From positions 442-64,441 of the forward strand of contig JBBRPE010000003.1 in the NCBI GenBank assembly GCA_038228545.1: a stretch of DNA of 64,000 bases, written 5' to 3'. Numbering within the stretch: the first letter of the stretch is position 1; every line of letters begins with the position of its first letter. The position numbers and the translations under genes were made by a program. This document shows, piece by piece, positions 30,906-41,155 of this stretch. The notes below the pieces were generated by a model that worked only from the letters and a program-made list of their open reading frames with translations, made no database searches and was not told the DNA's origin. The DNA comes from Minisyncoccia bacterium (GTDB taxonomy: Bacteria; Patescibacteriota; Minisyncoccia; Phycocordibacterales; Phycocordibacteraceae).

Positions 30906-31739
30906 ATGTCTAATCTCAACAGGGCGTTGAGGCTTGCCCTCAGCGCCACCGTCGCCATGTCAATTCTGGCGAACGCGGCTAACGCCCAAAGCGTTCCGCA
31001 GGTTCCGAGTGGAGGAGCGGCATCCGTCGTTTCCCAGTCGACTTCGCAAGAAGCGGCTTCGGCCGCCTACGTCACGCTTGCGGAACGGACGGCACCTTGC
31101 CGTTCGAACGCCACCTACTGCATCGAGCCGCGTCCGGCCCGACCGTCGACCATCGACGGCACGAGCCCGACCGTCACTCCGACGGAATGGATGCGGGATT
31201 ATCCCCGTTCGGGAATGGCCGGCTACAACCGGATAGCGAGGGCGAACCAGGCCCTCTGCTCCACTGCTGACGAATACGTCGCGGGTCTCAGGACCCTCGA
31301 CCAGCTCTTCGTCAGCGCCGGAAACGAGTACCAGTTAATTCAGGACGTCTATAACGACCTTCCTGATGCGATTCGCCGCAACGCCCGAGTGATGATTGCC
31401 ACGCAAGCGGTGCAAGCCGGTCTGCTGTGCCTTCTCTCGTTCGGCACGTACTGCATCGCGGTGGTTGTCGGCGCCGCGGGCAACATCATGACTACGCACA
31501 CTAACGAGCGTATCCAGCTGACTTCGGTCCAGCTGGCGCTCGCGAACATCGTGGTCACGAAGCTCAACATCTGGTCGAATCGTCTGACGATTCGACTGGA
31601 CAACCTGTGGCTGAAGGACTGGCTTCCGAACTGCGAGGGGCTGGGGTATCACATCAACTTCACTCTCCCGCCGCTCGGCCCGCCGCCGTCGGTTCCGGAA
31701 GGCTTCGGCCAACCGGCGCTCCCTGCCGGTCACCACTAG
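30906..31739 (+). CDS. Secreted Cys-containing orphan with a hydrophobic hairpin
   Basis: Sec signal (…ANAANA|Q); SD AGGAGGG; GC-rich codons; own terminator at ~31773-31804. Confidence 0.75.
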   Translation: MSNLNRALRLALSATVAMSILANAANAQSVPQVPSGGAASVVSQSTSQEAASAAYVTLAERTAPCRSNATYCIEPRPARPSTIDGTSPTVTPTEWMRDYPRSGMAGYNRIARANQALCSTADEYVAGLRTLDQLFVSAGNEYQLIQDVYNDLPDAIRRNARVMIATQAVQAGLLCLLSFGTYCIAVVVGAAGNIMTTHTNERIQLTSVQLALANIVVTKLNIWSNRLTIRLDNLWLKDWLPNCEGLGYHINFTLPPLGPPPSVPEGFGQPALPAGHH

Positions 31740-31825
31740 ACAAGCAACCTTCTGACCCCTGGGTCACAAGGCAACGCCGCACCCCTCAAAAGGTGCGGCG
31801 TTTCTACATGCCTATGTGTGAATGA

Positions 31826-32404
31826 TTACTGACCTATTTTAACAAGCTCAACTTCAAAGATAAGTGTTGCGTTCGGTGGGATTACTCCTCCTGCGCCCTG
31901 CGCCCCATAGCCAAAGTCTGGTGGGATAACGAGCTTGCGCTTACCGCCAACTTTCATACCAACCAAGCCCTGATCCCAGCCCTTGATGACCTGGCCTGCG
32001 CCAAGCTGAAACTGGAATGCTTGTCCGTGCTTTGCAGACGCGTCGAAGACCGTGCCATCAGGAAGCATGCCGACGTAATTCATGGTGAGAACGTCGCCTG
32101 CCTTAGCTGTTGCACCTGTGCCGACCACTTCATCGCTCACGGTAAGTGTTGTCGGAAGCGGTCCTTGGATAGGACCACCATGAGCTGTGGTAGGTGCTTG
32201 AGCGGAGCTGCCGGATTGTACGGGATGACCGGATATATCGAGAGAATCGGATGATGATGCCATAGTATTTTGTGAAGCTGCGTCTGTTGTCGTGGCCGTC
32301 GTAGCGTGCCCAAATGGTCGCAAAACGCTGGGCCCCAAAAACAGGAAGGCAACCGCGACGACCACGGCGAGAGTGACGGCGACGGCTGTTGCAGTGATGT
32401 TCAT
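31826..32404 (-). CDS. FKBP-type peptidyl-prolyl isomerase, membrane anchored
   Basis: [35 protein letters not shown]. Confidence 0.97.
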   Translation of the reverse strand: MNITATAVAVTLAVVVAVAFLFLGPSVLRPFGHATTATTTDAASQNTMASSSDSLDISGHPVQSGSSAQAPTTAHGGPIQGPLPTTLTVSDEVVGTGATAKAGDVLTMNYVGMLPDGTVFDASAKHGQAFQFQLGAGQVIKGWDQGLVGMKVGGKRKLVIPPDFGYGAQGAGGVIPPNATLIFEVELVKIGQ

Positions 32405-32414
32405 ATGCTAGCTA

Positions 32415-32714
32415 TTATTTTGTAACCGCAAGTATATCATCTGCGAGGCTTTCCACCGTCTCTGCAAGAGCGAGGTCGGCCTGTGGTACTTTTTTCTCGA
32501 GGAATTGAGCCATTTTCTCCTCGCTCGCTCCGCTCTTGACCAGTTCATACCAGGCAGCGCGCGTGGGCTCGTTCATTCGCTCTATCGTGCGCACAACTGC
32601 GCCGCGGAAGATAAGTGAGTTGAGCTCGAGAACAAACTTTTCCTGATCTTCGACAGAAAGCTCGCTGAAGTCTACGGAATCCAGTATGGAGTTGTAGGAA
32701 GTGGTAACGTTCAT
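32415..32714 (-). CDS. DUF5663-like small acidic protein
   Basis: ELSVEDQE...LIFR..V...FLEKKVP pattern. Confidence 0.65.
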   Translation of the reverse strand: MNVTTSYNSILDSVDFSELSVEDQEKFVLELNSLIFRGAVVRTIERMNEPTRAAWYELVKSGASEEKMAQFLEKKVPQADLALAETVESLADDILAVTK

Positions 32715-32716
32715 GC

Positions 32717-35700
32717 TTAGCTGACTACACTACTAAAAGTACCCGGCGACGGAATGTGATTAAGTTGTGTTGCTGGGTCGGTAAGGCCGTTGAGCAAGCT
32801 CGAGTGACCCTGACCATCACCCGTGACGGTCGCTGTGTAACGGAATATTCCCTGCTCTGCCAGGTCGGGTCGTTGTGCAAACAGTGTCTCTGGATTTCCT
32901 TCCACACTCACGCGCACCGGAGTACTCTGACTCGCTGCAAATCGTTGCGCGAACGAATGCAGTTCGTCGTACGACTTACCTCCCCATGCATGCAAGGTGC
33001 CGTACGTATCAGAGTAGATATGCGGAACGCGCGAATCAACGGTAATGGAATTTGCATTTGTAAATCGCGCCGGATACTCGCTCATGAGGTTGTGGCGCAA
33101 GTCGAACGACGATGGATGTACTACAGACGAATCCGTGCCCGGCGCAGGAGAAGTTTCTGGGGGCGCCGTGGATGCGGAATCAGGAGTAGCACTCGGTACT
33201 GCGTGTAAACGCTCATCAAGTGTCATATATCCACTTCCACTAGAATCTGCAGGTGCGTCTGGTGACTGTTCGAGAGTTGGTGGCGACTCGATACCAGTAG
33301 TTGCGGACTCCGCTGCTGGAGTCTCGGAGACCACTGCTGACGTAGGTGACTCGTGTGTGGGGTGGGGTCCGTTATGATGTGCACCGGAAGCGTGCGTAGC
33401 GCGCAGTTCAACATGCGGCTGGTCATGGGTAACTACGGCACCCTGCGGTGATTCTTGCATCACCGTATAGGGGTCACCATGCGCCGGAGTGAAGGTGAGT
33501 GTATGGCCGTCAGGTGAAAGCGTAAGGGTATCGCCCGGGTGGACGAGTGCACTTGTGACCGTATGCGAAGCTGGATCGAAATGTTCAAATCCGGTGGCGC
33601 GCGCGAACTGGTCTACATTATGAAACTCAAACATCTTCTGTACGAGTGGTGGTGGTGTGCTACCGGCTGGATATTGATGATGGAGCTGACGCAACATATC
33701 GGCATACATATGCGTCGCACCCTCCCCGGCTTTAATTTCGTGATGAAAACCTCCCACCTGTGATTCGGGTGCACCCGGTGTGGCTGATTGAGCTTCAGGG
33801 GAAACAGAGTGTCCGGCAGAATCTTGCGAATGCACGTCGTGTACATTTGTATCACTTGGCGCAGAAGCATCAGGATGTCCCGGTACTTCTTGTGCATGGT
33901 GCGTACCTGCCGGCGCAATTGTAGGAGTTTCCGAATGTGTAGCGGAGTGCGCAGTTGTCGAATGAAGCTCAGGACCTCCATGTGTACTGGCGGCATGAGT
34001 CGTTACCGAGTGCTCAAGCGACGTGACGCCGTGCGGTATGTGCGAACCGACTGCACTAAAACCTTCCGCTGAGAGGGCACCTGCTCCTACGCCTGCAGCA
34101 ATACCTCCAACGGCGCTTCCGGTAGAGCGGAGTCTCGCATTGCGCTCAAGGGTTGCTGCAGCACCCTGACGACTCTTTGAGAGAGTTTCGAAGTAATTGG
34201 CATCGCGCAAATCGCCTACTTCACGTTTTTTAAGCGTTGCTTCCGCGTTCTGCGAAGATTTTTTTTGTGCAGTTTCGATACCTTTTCCGGTGAGCCACCC
34301 GCCGATACCCGCTGCACTCCACCACTTTGCATTACTCGAGAGTTTCGCGTGAGCATCTGTATCGCCCCGTTCCAGAGCCCCCTGTGCCCGTAGTCGCTGC
34401 ACGGCGCCAATAGAAGCGACGCCAAGTGCCGAACCGGAAAGGAGAGCAGCCGCACCTATGCCGCCCGTAAGCGTACCGAATGCAAATCCAGCAACACCGA
34501 GTGCGCTTCCCAAAATAATTTTTTTCTTGGGATCCATGCCGTTATAAGCCTTAAACAATTTGTCGGCCAAGTGTCGGTCTCGTAGAGCGAGTCCTTCCAT
34601 ACGTGCACGTTGCTCTGATTCCTCTGCGCCAAACACCGCTGCCTTTACTACATACATACGCTGATAACGTTCGCGCATAACCTCACCGTACTGCTTCCCC
34701 TTATTAGGACCTGCCTGAATTACCTCGTCCAGGTGACGGTCCTGTCGTGCAGCTGAGCCCCGACCCTCACGTCGTTCCTGTATGGAATCGAGAAGTGTCC
34801 GAGCGTGCATGACTCGCGTTGCGACCCACTGCCTGCGTGCAAGCTGTACCTCATCCGGGAGTTTATCTTGATTTCCTTTTTGTAATCCAAGACGTTCGCC
34901 GAGTGCACCTAAAAAGCCACGGTTCTGTTGGTGAGCTTTAAGCAAATCGAAATATGTTTCTTTATATGCTTTTTCCGTATCGATAGTCGGGTCATAGAAG
35001 TCCTTTTTAAAGGTTTCGTTGGCTGTTTGCTTAGTACTCCGACGCTCTGCACGGGCTGCAGCTTCCTGTACACTCACCGTCGGTCCTTCAGGAAGCGTAT
35101 TCGAAGCGATAACAGGTGAAGGATAGTGCGGTTCACCTGTATAGACCTCACTAGCGACAACACCGACATCTGACTGCGGAGAGTATTTATCGAGAAGTGC
35201 CTGCAACTTTGCTTTGTATTCTGCTTTTGAATTCGGGCTCGGTTCGTTACTTTCAAAGTCCCTCTTCAAAGTAAGTAAGTCCTCTCTCAGTGCGTTATCG
35301 GCAACCGGTTCTTCGTGTTCTGATTGTGCGTTTTGTTCCACCACGGCTGCACCTCCAGCCTCTGGAGAGACTGCATCAGGAGCGGTTTTCTGCTCGTCAC
35401 TTCGTAAGTCAGGCAGTGCAATAACGTCTGGAGCAGTATCTACTGAAGTAGGTGCTTCCTCGTCGAATGGCACATCTGTACTTCCATCTTCCGGAGTACT
35501 ACGGTCTGACGACTCTGGTCGCGGTTTAGTTCGCTTCTGTACTTCACGTTTTGCAATAACAGTCTGTCTCGCGAGTCTGTCTTCATGTTCCTGTGTTTGC
35601 GCTGCCTTTTCGCGCTCAAGTGCACCTTGTAACTTTCCGGCTTGATCAAGGAGCTGATCACGCTCTTCGCGCTTCATACTTCGTGCAGCTTTTCTTTCCA

Positions 35701-36079
35701 CCTCAGGGAGGGTCGCTTCTGTTTCCCGTATAATTTTTCTGTTTCGTGTCAGCTTTTGAACTGCGTCTGGCAATTTTTCACGTATATTTTTCTCCACTCC
35801 ATCCACTATCGCTTGTTCACTCGCTTCAACACGAGCACGATTGTCAGCAATTGCTTTTGCTTCGTCCTCACGCTGTTTGCGTCTATAGAAAGCAACTCTA
35901 TCCGCGCGACCAATTTTATTCGCTACTTCAGGAATCGTATCAATTAACTGCTCAGCAGACATCTCGGTCGATGTGTTTGTAGCCTTACGCACCTGCTCTG
36001 CGCGTATAGCCTTCGTTAGTTCCTTGGTCTTGGCTCCAAGTTCTTTACTTCGTGGCGTTCGTTCCATTCCTCGAGACAT
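32717..36079 (-). CDS. Giant orphan: coiled coil, Gly/Ala hydrophobic helices, His/Pro-rich linker, LysM-like segment
   Basis: 1120-aa ORF; GSALGVAGFAFG...GGIGAAALL; GGIAAGVGAG; IKAGEG...LVHPGDTL. Confidence 0.8.
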   Translation of the reverse strand: MSRGMERTPRSKELGAKTKELTKAIRAEQVRKATNTSTEMSAEQLIDTIPEVANKIGRADRVAFYRRKQREDEAKAIADNRARVEASEQAIVDGVEKNIREKLPDAVQKLTRNRKIIRETEATLPEVERKAARSMKREERDQLLDQAGKLQGALEREKAAQTQEHEDRLARQTVIAKREVQKRTKPRPESSDRSTPEDGSTDVPFDEEAPTSVDTAPDVIALPDLRSDEQKTAPDAVSPEAGGAAVVEQNAQSEHEEPVADNALREDLLTLKRDFESNEPSPNSKAEYKAKLQALLDKYSPQSDVGVVASEVYTGEPHYPSPVIASNTLPEGPTVSVQEAAARAERRSTKQTANETFKKDFYDPTIDTEKAYKETYFDLLKAHQQNRGFLGALGERLGLQKGNQDKLPDEVQLARRQWVATRVMHARTLLDSIQERREGRGSAARQDRHLDEVIQAGPNKGKQYGEVMRERYQRMYVVKAAVFGAEESEQRARMEGLALRDRHLADKLFKAYNGMDPKKKIILGSALGVAGFAFGTLTGGIGAAALLSGSALGVASIGAVQRLRAQGALERGDTDAHAKLSSNAKWWSAAGIGGWLTGKGIETAQKKSSQNAEATLKKREVGDLRDANYFETLSKSRQGAAATLERNARLRSTGSAVGGIAAGVGAGALSAEGFSAVGSHIPHGVTSLEHSVTTHAASTHGGPELHSTTAHSATHSETPTIAPAGTHHAQEVPGHPDASAPSDTNVHDVHSQDSAGHSVSPEAQSATPGAPESQVGGFHHEIKAGEGATHMYADMLRQLHHQYPAGSTPPPLVQKMFEFHNVDQFARATGFEHFDPASHTVTSALVHPGDTLTLSPDGHTLTFTPAHGDPYTVMQESPQGAVVTHDQPHVELRATHASGAHHNGPHPTHESPTSAVVSETPAAESATTGIESPPTLEQSPDAPADSSGSGYMTLDERLHAVPSATPDSASTAPPETSPAPGTDSSVVHPSSFDLRHNLMSEYPARFTNANSITVDSRVPHIYSDTYGTLHAWGGKSYDELHSFAQRFAASQSTPVRVSVEGNPETLFAQRPDLAEQGIFRYTATVTGDGQGHSSLLNGLTDPATQLNHIPSPGTFSSVVS

Positions 36080-36089
36080 AGCAAGTGTA

Positions 36090-38819
36090 TTACGAAAGAT
36101 AACGGGCCTTAATCATTGATTCAACTGTAGCACGGTCACGACCGTAGGTAAGGTAGGAAAGCTCACGCAAGTCATCTATTTGCGCAGGATTCCCTGCAAC
36201 GGGAGGAAGTGTCTGAATGTTAAACGGCTTTTGCGGAACACCTCCTGCAAGAATTTTTACGTATGCGTTGTAATTCTCTATCGACGTAAAATCGCCGGCT
36301 TTAAAGACCGGAGCAAACTGCTTCTCAAAGAATTCGCCGTCTTCCTGACCAACACGGAATATCGACATGGAGCCAACGTTTCCGAATACGGCGTTTCGTG
36401 TCTTTTCATCCACCTGTGAGAGGAATTGATGCGCGATAGTCAGTGAAAGTTTGTATTTACGTGCCTCGGAAAGAATGCTCGGAATAGAATCCGTCGTGAT
36501 GTTCTGGAATTCATCTATATACAGGTAGAACGGCGCAAAATCTCCACGTGGATTGTCCGCGCGTGAAAGTGCCGCCATAAAGAGCTTGCCCACAAGGATA
36601 AGGCCGAGCAGGTTTGCATTGCGCTCGCCGAGGCGACCCTTTGAGAGATTTACCAGCAATATTTTCTTATTGTCTATGACATCACGGAACTGGAAGGATG
36701 ATTGCTGTTGGCCAATGATAGGGCGCATGAAATCGTTCGCCGTGAAGTCGTCGAACTTGTTCGTAATGTACGGAACGATGTTGGCGAGCGAGGCTTCCCC
36801 TTCCGCTTGTGTCGCTATTTCATTCCAGAACTGGTTCACAATCGGATTCATCGATTTCGAAAGCTTGTAGTCTCGGAATGGCTTATTTGAAAGCACACGA
36901 CCAATGTCCATCAGCGTTGAGCCGGATGCCGGGTCTTCCATGACGAGGAGGGTGGCATTGCGGAAGTACTGCTCAAATGCCGGCCCCATACTTTCCGGTA
37001 CATCACCGTACAATCTTCGGAAAATCGCGAGTAACTCATTCACGATAAACGTTTTTTGTTCAGGACGTGACGCATCGTACTCGAGCAGATTGAGTCCGAA
37101 TGGACGGGAGATTTCAGCGGGGTCGAAATAGATGACATCCTCAAAGCGCTCCGGCGGTATGTAGGAAAGCACATCGAGAATGTCGTTTCCGTGCGGGTCA
37201 ATGAAACAAACGCCGTTGCCAGCAGCAATATCCTGGGCAATAAGCGTCTTCATAAACGAGGTTTTACCGGTACCCGTTTGTCCTATGACGTAAAGATGAC
37301 GTAGACGGTCCTCAGGAGTGAGACGTATGCTGGTCTGTACTCCACGATAGTCGTTTGCACCAAGCACAATGCCGTCTTGCGGTAGCGCAGTCGGTGCCGG
37401 TGCGGAGGTAAAGCGCGACTGCGCAAGGTGCGGACTTGATTCGATTCCTTTAGGTGGGAAGTGGTACAGCGTCGTGAGCTCACGAATCGAAAGAGGCATA
37501 TCGCTTGCATCAGAAAAGAGACGGAAGGTAAAGTCACGAAAGAGTTTCTTCGCATCGCCTCGTTCTACATTCTTAAATTCAATGCGATTGCCAATAGTGT
37601 TTTCGAATTGATTAAAAGCGGCCGCTAACTCTGTTCTAATGGAATGTGCTTTTACCGCATCGGTGGAAGACACGACAATACGGATATTCGTTTCGACGAT
37701 AGGAGCCAGTATCTTCTTCTCCACCTGTTCAATCGCTACTTTGTCGGCGTGGGCTGGGTCAAGCGCTTTCTTTTGCGGACCTAAGAGTCCTATGGCTTCA
37801 CGGGCAAAATCGCCCACGAACGTTTCTGGAAGATTGAAAGCACGGGACCTATGTTCACCCTTACGGAGTTCTGCGAGTACTCGACGATAATGATCGGTAT
37901 AGTGGCTACCTCTCGGACGAATGAGTATCTGAAGCGATGCTCCTTCACCTTCCGCGTCAATCTTTGCGAACGCATTTAGAATTGAATTGAGCGGGTCATA
38001 GTCAAAGTCACCGTAGTCCTTGAGCGGCAGCATTGCTTTATCTTTTAGAGTCGCATACGCGCCAATCGAATTTCCGTCTTCGGTAAACACGTTATAGTCG
38101 TTGGGTTGGCCTTTGATGCGTGCATCAGGGAATATAGCGAGAAGCTGTTTCTCGAACAGGTCCTTCTTGCCGTTGGGCACGGACGCATAAAATTGAAGCG
38201 TTGGGGAATTTACCGGCACCGCGAGCTCGAGCGTGTAGTAGGGTGGCTCTTTAGCATCGGCTTGCTGTATGGACTGCATGCCGGAATAAAACTGCTCCAT
38301 TGCGGAAACCAATTCCTTGAGGGTTTTCGTCCGCGCATTGTTTCCTCCATCGGCTTCCGGTTCAGGAAGTGCTATTTCATAGAGCGTCATATGGAGTGCC
38401 TTCCATGTAGGCTGGCCTTCCGCAAGCCCGGTAGCCGTCATTCCGGAGATAATGTACTGGACGAGGAAACGATGGAAATCATCCTCAAGATGAGGATTAT
38501 TGAGCTTTTCAAGAACGCTGAATGCGTTCTTGATTCCCTTCTCCTCCATAATCCCGCGAAGCTCTTTAATAGTTTCGTCGTTTTGTTCCGGAGAGAGCGA
38601 GTCTGCGAGTTCGAGAAGTGCAGCGGGAGTAGCGCGATATTCGGGTGCGAGCACCGTATCAGGTGAAGTGCGATGTACCAGAATGCGCTCATGCGCTACT
38701 TCTTCGCGTGGTGCCGTCTCGCGCATCGAAGCAAGCTCAGCTTCTTTACGTGCAACTTCTGCGCGCAAATACGCAAGTTCATCCTCCGGACTAGCCAGTG
38801 GTCGTAGTGGGCCCTCCAT
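36090..38819 (-). CDS. VirD4/TraD/HerA-like coupling ATPase
   Basis: RHLYVIGQTGTGKT, FIDPHG, LYIDEFQN, SEARKY.L.L.IAHQ; start at MEGPL (TATACT + 7 nt). Confidence 0.9.
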   Translation of the reverse strand: MEGPLRPLASPEDELAYLRAEVARKEAELASMRETAPREEVAHERILVHRTSPDTVLAPEYRATPAALLELADSLSPEQNDETIKELRGIMEEKGIKNAFSVLEKLNNPHLEDDFHRFLVQYIISGMTATGLAEGQPTWKALHMTLYEIALPEPEADGGNNARTKTLKELVSAMEQFYSGMQSIQQADAKEPPYYTLELAVPVNSPTLQFYASVPNGKKDLFEKQLLAIFPDARIKGQPNDYNVFTEDGNSIGAYATLKDKAMLPLKDYGDFDYDPLNSILNAFAKIDAEGEGASLQILIRPRGSHYTDHYRRVLAELRKGEHRSRAFNLPETFVGDFAREAIGLLGPQKKALDPAHADKVAIEQVEKKILAPIVETNIRIVVSSTDAVKAHSIRTELAAAFNQFENTIGNRIEFKNVERGDAKKLFRDFTFRLFSDASDMPLSIRELTTLYHFPPKGIESSPHLAQSRFTSAPAPTALPQDGIVLGANDYRGVQTSIRLTPEDRLRHLYVIGQTGTGKTSFMKTLIAQDIAAGNGVCFIDPHGNDILDVLSYIPPERFEDVIYFDPAEISRPFGLNLLEYDASRPEQKTFIVNELLAIFRRLYGDVPESMGPAFEQYFRNATLLVMEDPASGSTLMDIGRVLSNKPFRDYKLSKSMNPIVNQFWNEIATQAEGEASLANIVPYITNKFDDFTANDFMRPIIGQQQSSFQFRDVIDNKKILLVNLSKGRLGERNANLLGLILVGKLFMAALSRADNPRGDFAPFYLYIDEFQNITTDSIPSILSEARKYKLSLTIAHQFLSQVDEKTRNAVFGNVGSMSIFRVGQEDGEFFEKQFAPVFKAGDFTSIENYNAYVKILAGGVPQKPFNIQTLPPVAGNPAQIDDLRELSYLTYGRDRATVESMIKARYLS

Positions 38820-38911
38820 ACGTTTGAGTATACGATACGAAATATCACGTAAACAGATACGTATGGATAAAAAGAGACGCACATGATGCGTCTCTTTTTA
38901 CAAGGCGAAAT

Positions 38912-39259
38912 TTAGATTGAAGCGGACTGGCGTGTCATCATGCCGAAGAAAGCAGTCACGAGTGACACAACAATGGAAAAGAAGAATGCTGCCCAGAAAC
39001 CGTTCACATGGAAGCCAGGAACAATCATTGCAGCGAGCATGATGAGAAGCGCATTCACGACAAGTGAAAAGACCCCGAGCGTAACGATGTTAATCGGAAG
39101 AGTTAGGAGGTGGATTATCGGCTTGAAGAACACGTTAATGACGCCAAGGACGATAGCGAGCAAGGCAAGGCTAATGAGGGAGTCGTGTGTAACGCCCGGT
39201 ACGAGATATGCGGCGACGAGAATTGCTAAAAACGATACTACCCAGTGGATGAGAGTCAT
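38912..39259 (-). CDS. YvlD/4-TMS phage-holin-family membrane protein
   Basis: KPIIHLLTLPINIVTLGVFSLVVNA...PGFHVNGF. Confidence 0.92.
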   Translation of the reverse strand: MTLIHWVVSFLAILVAAYLVPGVTHDSLISLALLAIVLGVINVFFKPIIHLLTLPINIVTLGVFSLVVNALLIMLAAMIVPGFHVNGFWAAFFFSIVVSLVTAFFGMMTRQSASI

Positions 39260-39334
39260 GTGTATGACGCTAATTGATAACTCCTCAAGTATAGCTCCGT
39301 ATGTACAGATTCTGAGGAAGACTGTGTAGAACTT

Positions 39335-40417
39335 CTACGGGTGAAGGAAAAAGGCAACGGCCATAATGACGTACGCAATAAGCAACTGGAACCCTTCGAA
39401 CCACGTGCTTTCTCCGTCCTCAACCACGGCATTCGTGACAAATACCGCAAAAATAATTGAGGCAAGTTCAAACAAATCGAAAACGAGATTCATGGGCTGT
39501 CCGAGGAACAAGCTAACGAGTACAAGCACCGGCGCAACGAACATAACCACCTGCGTAGCAGACCCGACCGCAATCTGAATCGAAAGATCCATTTTGTTTT
39601 TAATTGCAGCAGTAACTGCAGAGAAGTGCTCGGCGACATTTCCTACTATTGCCACGACGATGACTCCAATAAATAGCTGTGTCCAACCGAATTGCGCAAC
39701 AACTGGCGTAATCGAACCCACCAGTATTTCAGAAAGAACGGAGACCGCGACCGTAGCGCCGAGCAGAATGATAACGCTCATGCGGGCACTCCACTTCGGC
39801 GCAATGGAGCGTTCATCTTCTTCTTCGCCTTTATAGAGATGTTTGTGCGTATGTAGTGTGAAGAGGAGATTTGCACCGTACGCAGCAATCATAAGAATTG
39901 CCACGAGTACGGAGAGTGGCTCTATATTGCCCGTATTACCCTTTCCATCAGTTGCAAGAAATATGGCCGGCACCACAAGCGCGGTAGTTGCAAGAAGTAG
40001 CATCGAGCAGGCCGCTTTAGCGGCCGTCGCATTGAAGTGCTGCCGTTCGCGTTTACGCCCTCCCAAAAACATGGCGGTACCGAGTACAAACAAAAGATTA
40101 CCGAGAATAGCACCAGTGATAGTCGCCTTCGCCACTTCTACAAGCCCAGCCTGAATGGCAAAAATAGAAACGATGAGTTCAGTCGCATTCCCGAATGTTG
40201 CATTCAAAAGACCGCCAATAGCGGGATTGGTACGAAGTGCCAAGTCTTCCGTCGCGTCACCAATATATTTAGCAAGCGGAATCATTGCTGCTGCGGACAA
40301 AAGAAACACGGTCAGCGCAGAGAAATGGAAATAATCCGCAGCGAGCGCAAGCGGAGTGAGGAGTAAGAGGCCGGAAAATAGCTTGCCGATCACGCTATCA
40401 GTATACCAGGACGCCAA
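39335..40417 (-). CDS. cax: Calcium/proton exchanger (CAX)
   Basis: GLLNATFGNATE and GNVAEH alpha repeats. Confidence 0.95.
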   Translation of the reverse strand: MASWYTDSVIGKLFSGLLLLTPLALAADYFHFSALTVFLLSAAAMIPLAKYIGDATEDLALRTNPAIGGLLNATFGNATELIVSIFAIQAGLVEVAKATITGAILGNLLFVLGTAMFLGGRKRERQHFNATAAKAACSMLLLATTALVVPAIFLATDGKGNTGNIEPLSVLVAILMIAAYGANLLFTLHTHKHLYKGEEEDERSIAPKWSARMSVIILLGATVAVSVLSEILVGSITPVVAQFGWTQLFIGVIVVAIVGNVAEHFSAVTAAIKNKMDLSIQIAVGSATQVVMFVAPVLVLVSLFLGQPMNLVFDLFELASIIFAVFVTNAVVEDGESTWFEGFQLLIAYVIMAVAFFLHP

Positions 40418-40423
40418 TGCTCG

Positions 40424-41095
40424 CTAGCGGACAAAGGTGAAGCTTTTAAGGGTTGCCTCGAGGGCTGTATAGGAGGCGTCCAACTTTGCCTGTGGTATGT
40501 CAGCTTTGCTTACGGGGTCGTCGCGATAACTAGAACCGGTCTTAATCTGTTCAAGTGCGATACAGGTGCCATTACGAAGTGTTCGATAACTAACGCCCTG
40601 TACGTACTGCATCATAGCCGCGTCCTGGAAGCTAAAGACTTTCCACGTCGCTCCGCCGAACACCGCGTCAGGAAGTGCTACTTCTGCCTGGGCAGTTGCT
40701 GCCGTTTCGCAACGGGCCAGCTCCTTTGGGTCGTTGCTTGCACCAATGCGAATTTCAGCATCAAAGTAACGTGGATAGGAATGGTCTGACTGTGCTCGCT
40801 CACCGATTATGGAAATAATTGGCGTCCCCGTTCCCTCGGGAAGTGCATTCTCGCGCCAATTCGCCGGCAAATGATAAAACGATGTGAATGTGTAGTCCGT
40901 ACGATATGTTTCAGGGTAGGTAATGGTGAATCCGTGCTCGCCGTCGGTAAATATAGCTTTACCCGTAAGGTTCGGTGTTGAGGACGCTGTTTGGTTTGCG
41001 GTGATTGCCTGGTGGTGAGATACCACCATAAAAAGGGCCGCAGCAATGCCGATAACCATAACAAGTCCGAGAACGATGAGGGAATTCTTAGTCAT
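40424..41095 (-). CDS. Membrane-anchored extracellular protein (PsbP-like?)
   Basis: N-terminal TM, GFTITYP, ILKSFTF-type C-terminus. Confidence 0.65.
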   Translation of the reverse strand: MTKNSLIVLGLVMVIGIAAALFMVVSHHQAITANQTASSTPNLTGKAIFTDGEHGFTITYPETYRTDYTFTSFYHLPANWRENALPEGTGTPIISIIGERAQSDHSYPRYFDAEIRIGASNDPKELARCETAATAQAEVALPDAVFGGATWKVFSFQDAAMMQYVQGVSYRTLRNGTCIALEQIKTGSSYRDDPVSKADIPQAKLDASYTALEATLKSFTFVR

Positions 41096-41155
41096 ACGTA
41101 CAGTATATTGCGTTTGCACTCGCGTCACCACGAGCAGTGGGTGAAAAGAGAGAGC

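Noticed and set aside
38912-39259. Holin as evidence of a prophage
   Set aside because: The YvlD-type family is a common chromosomal membrane protein; no endolysin or phage genes adjacent.
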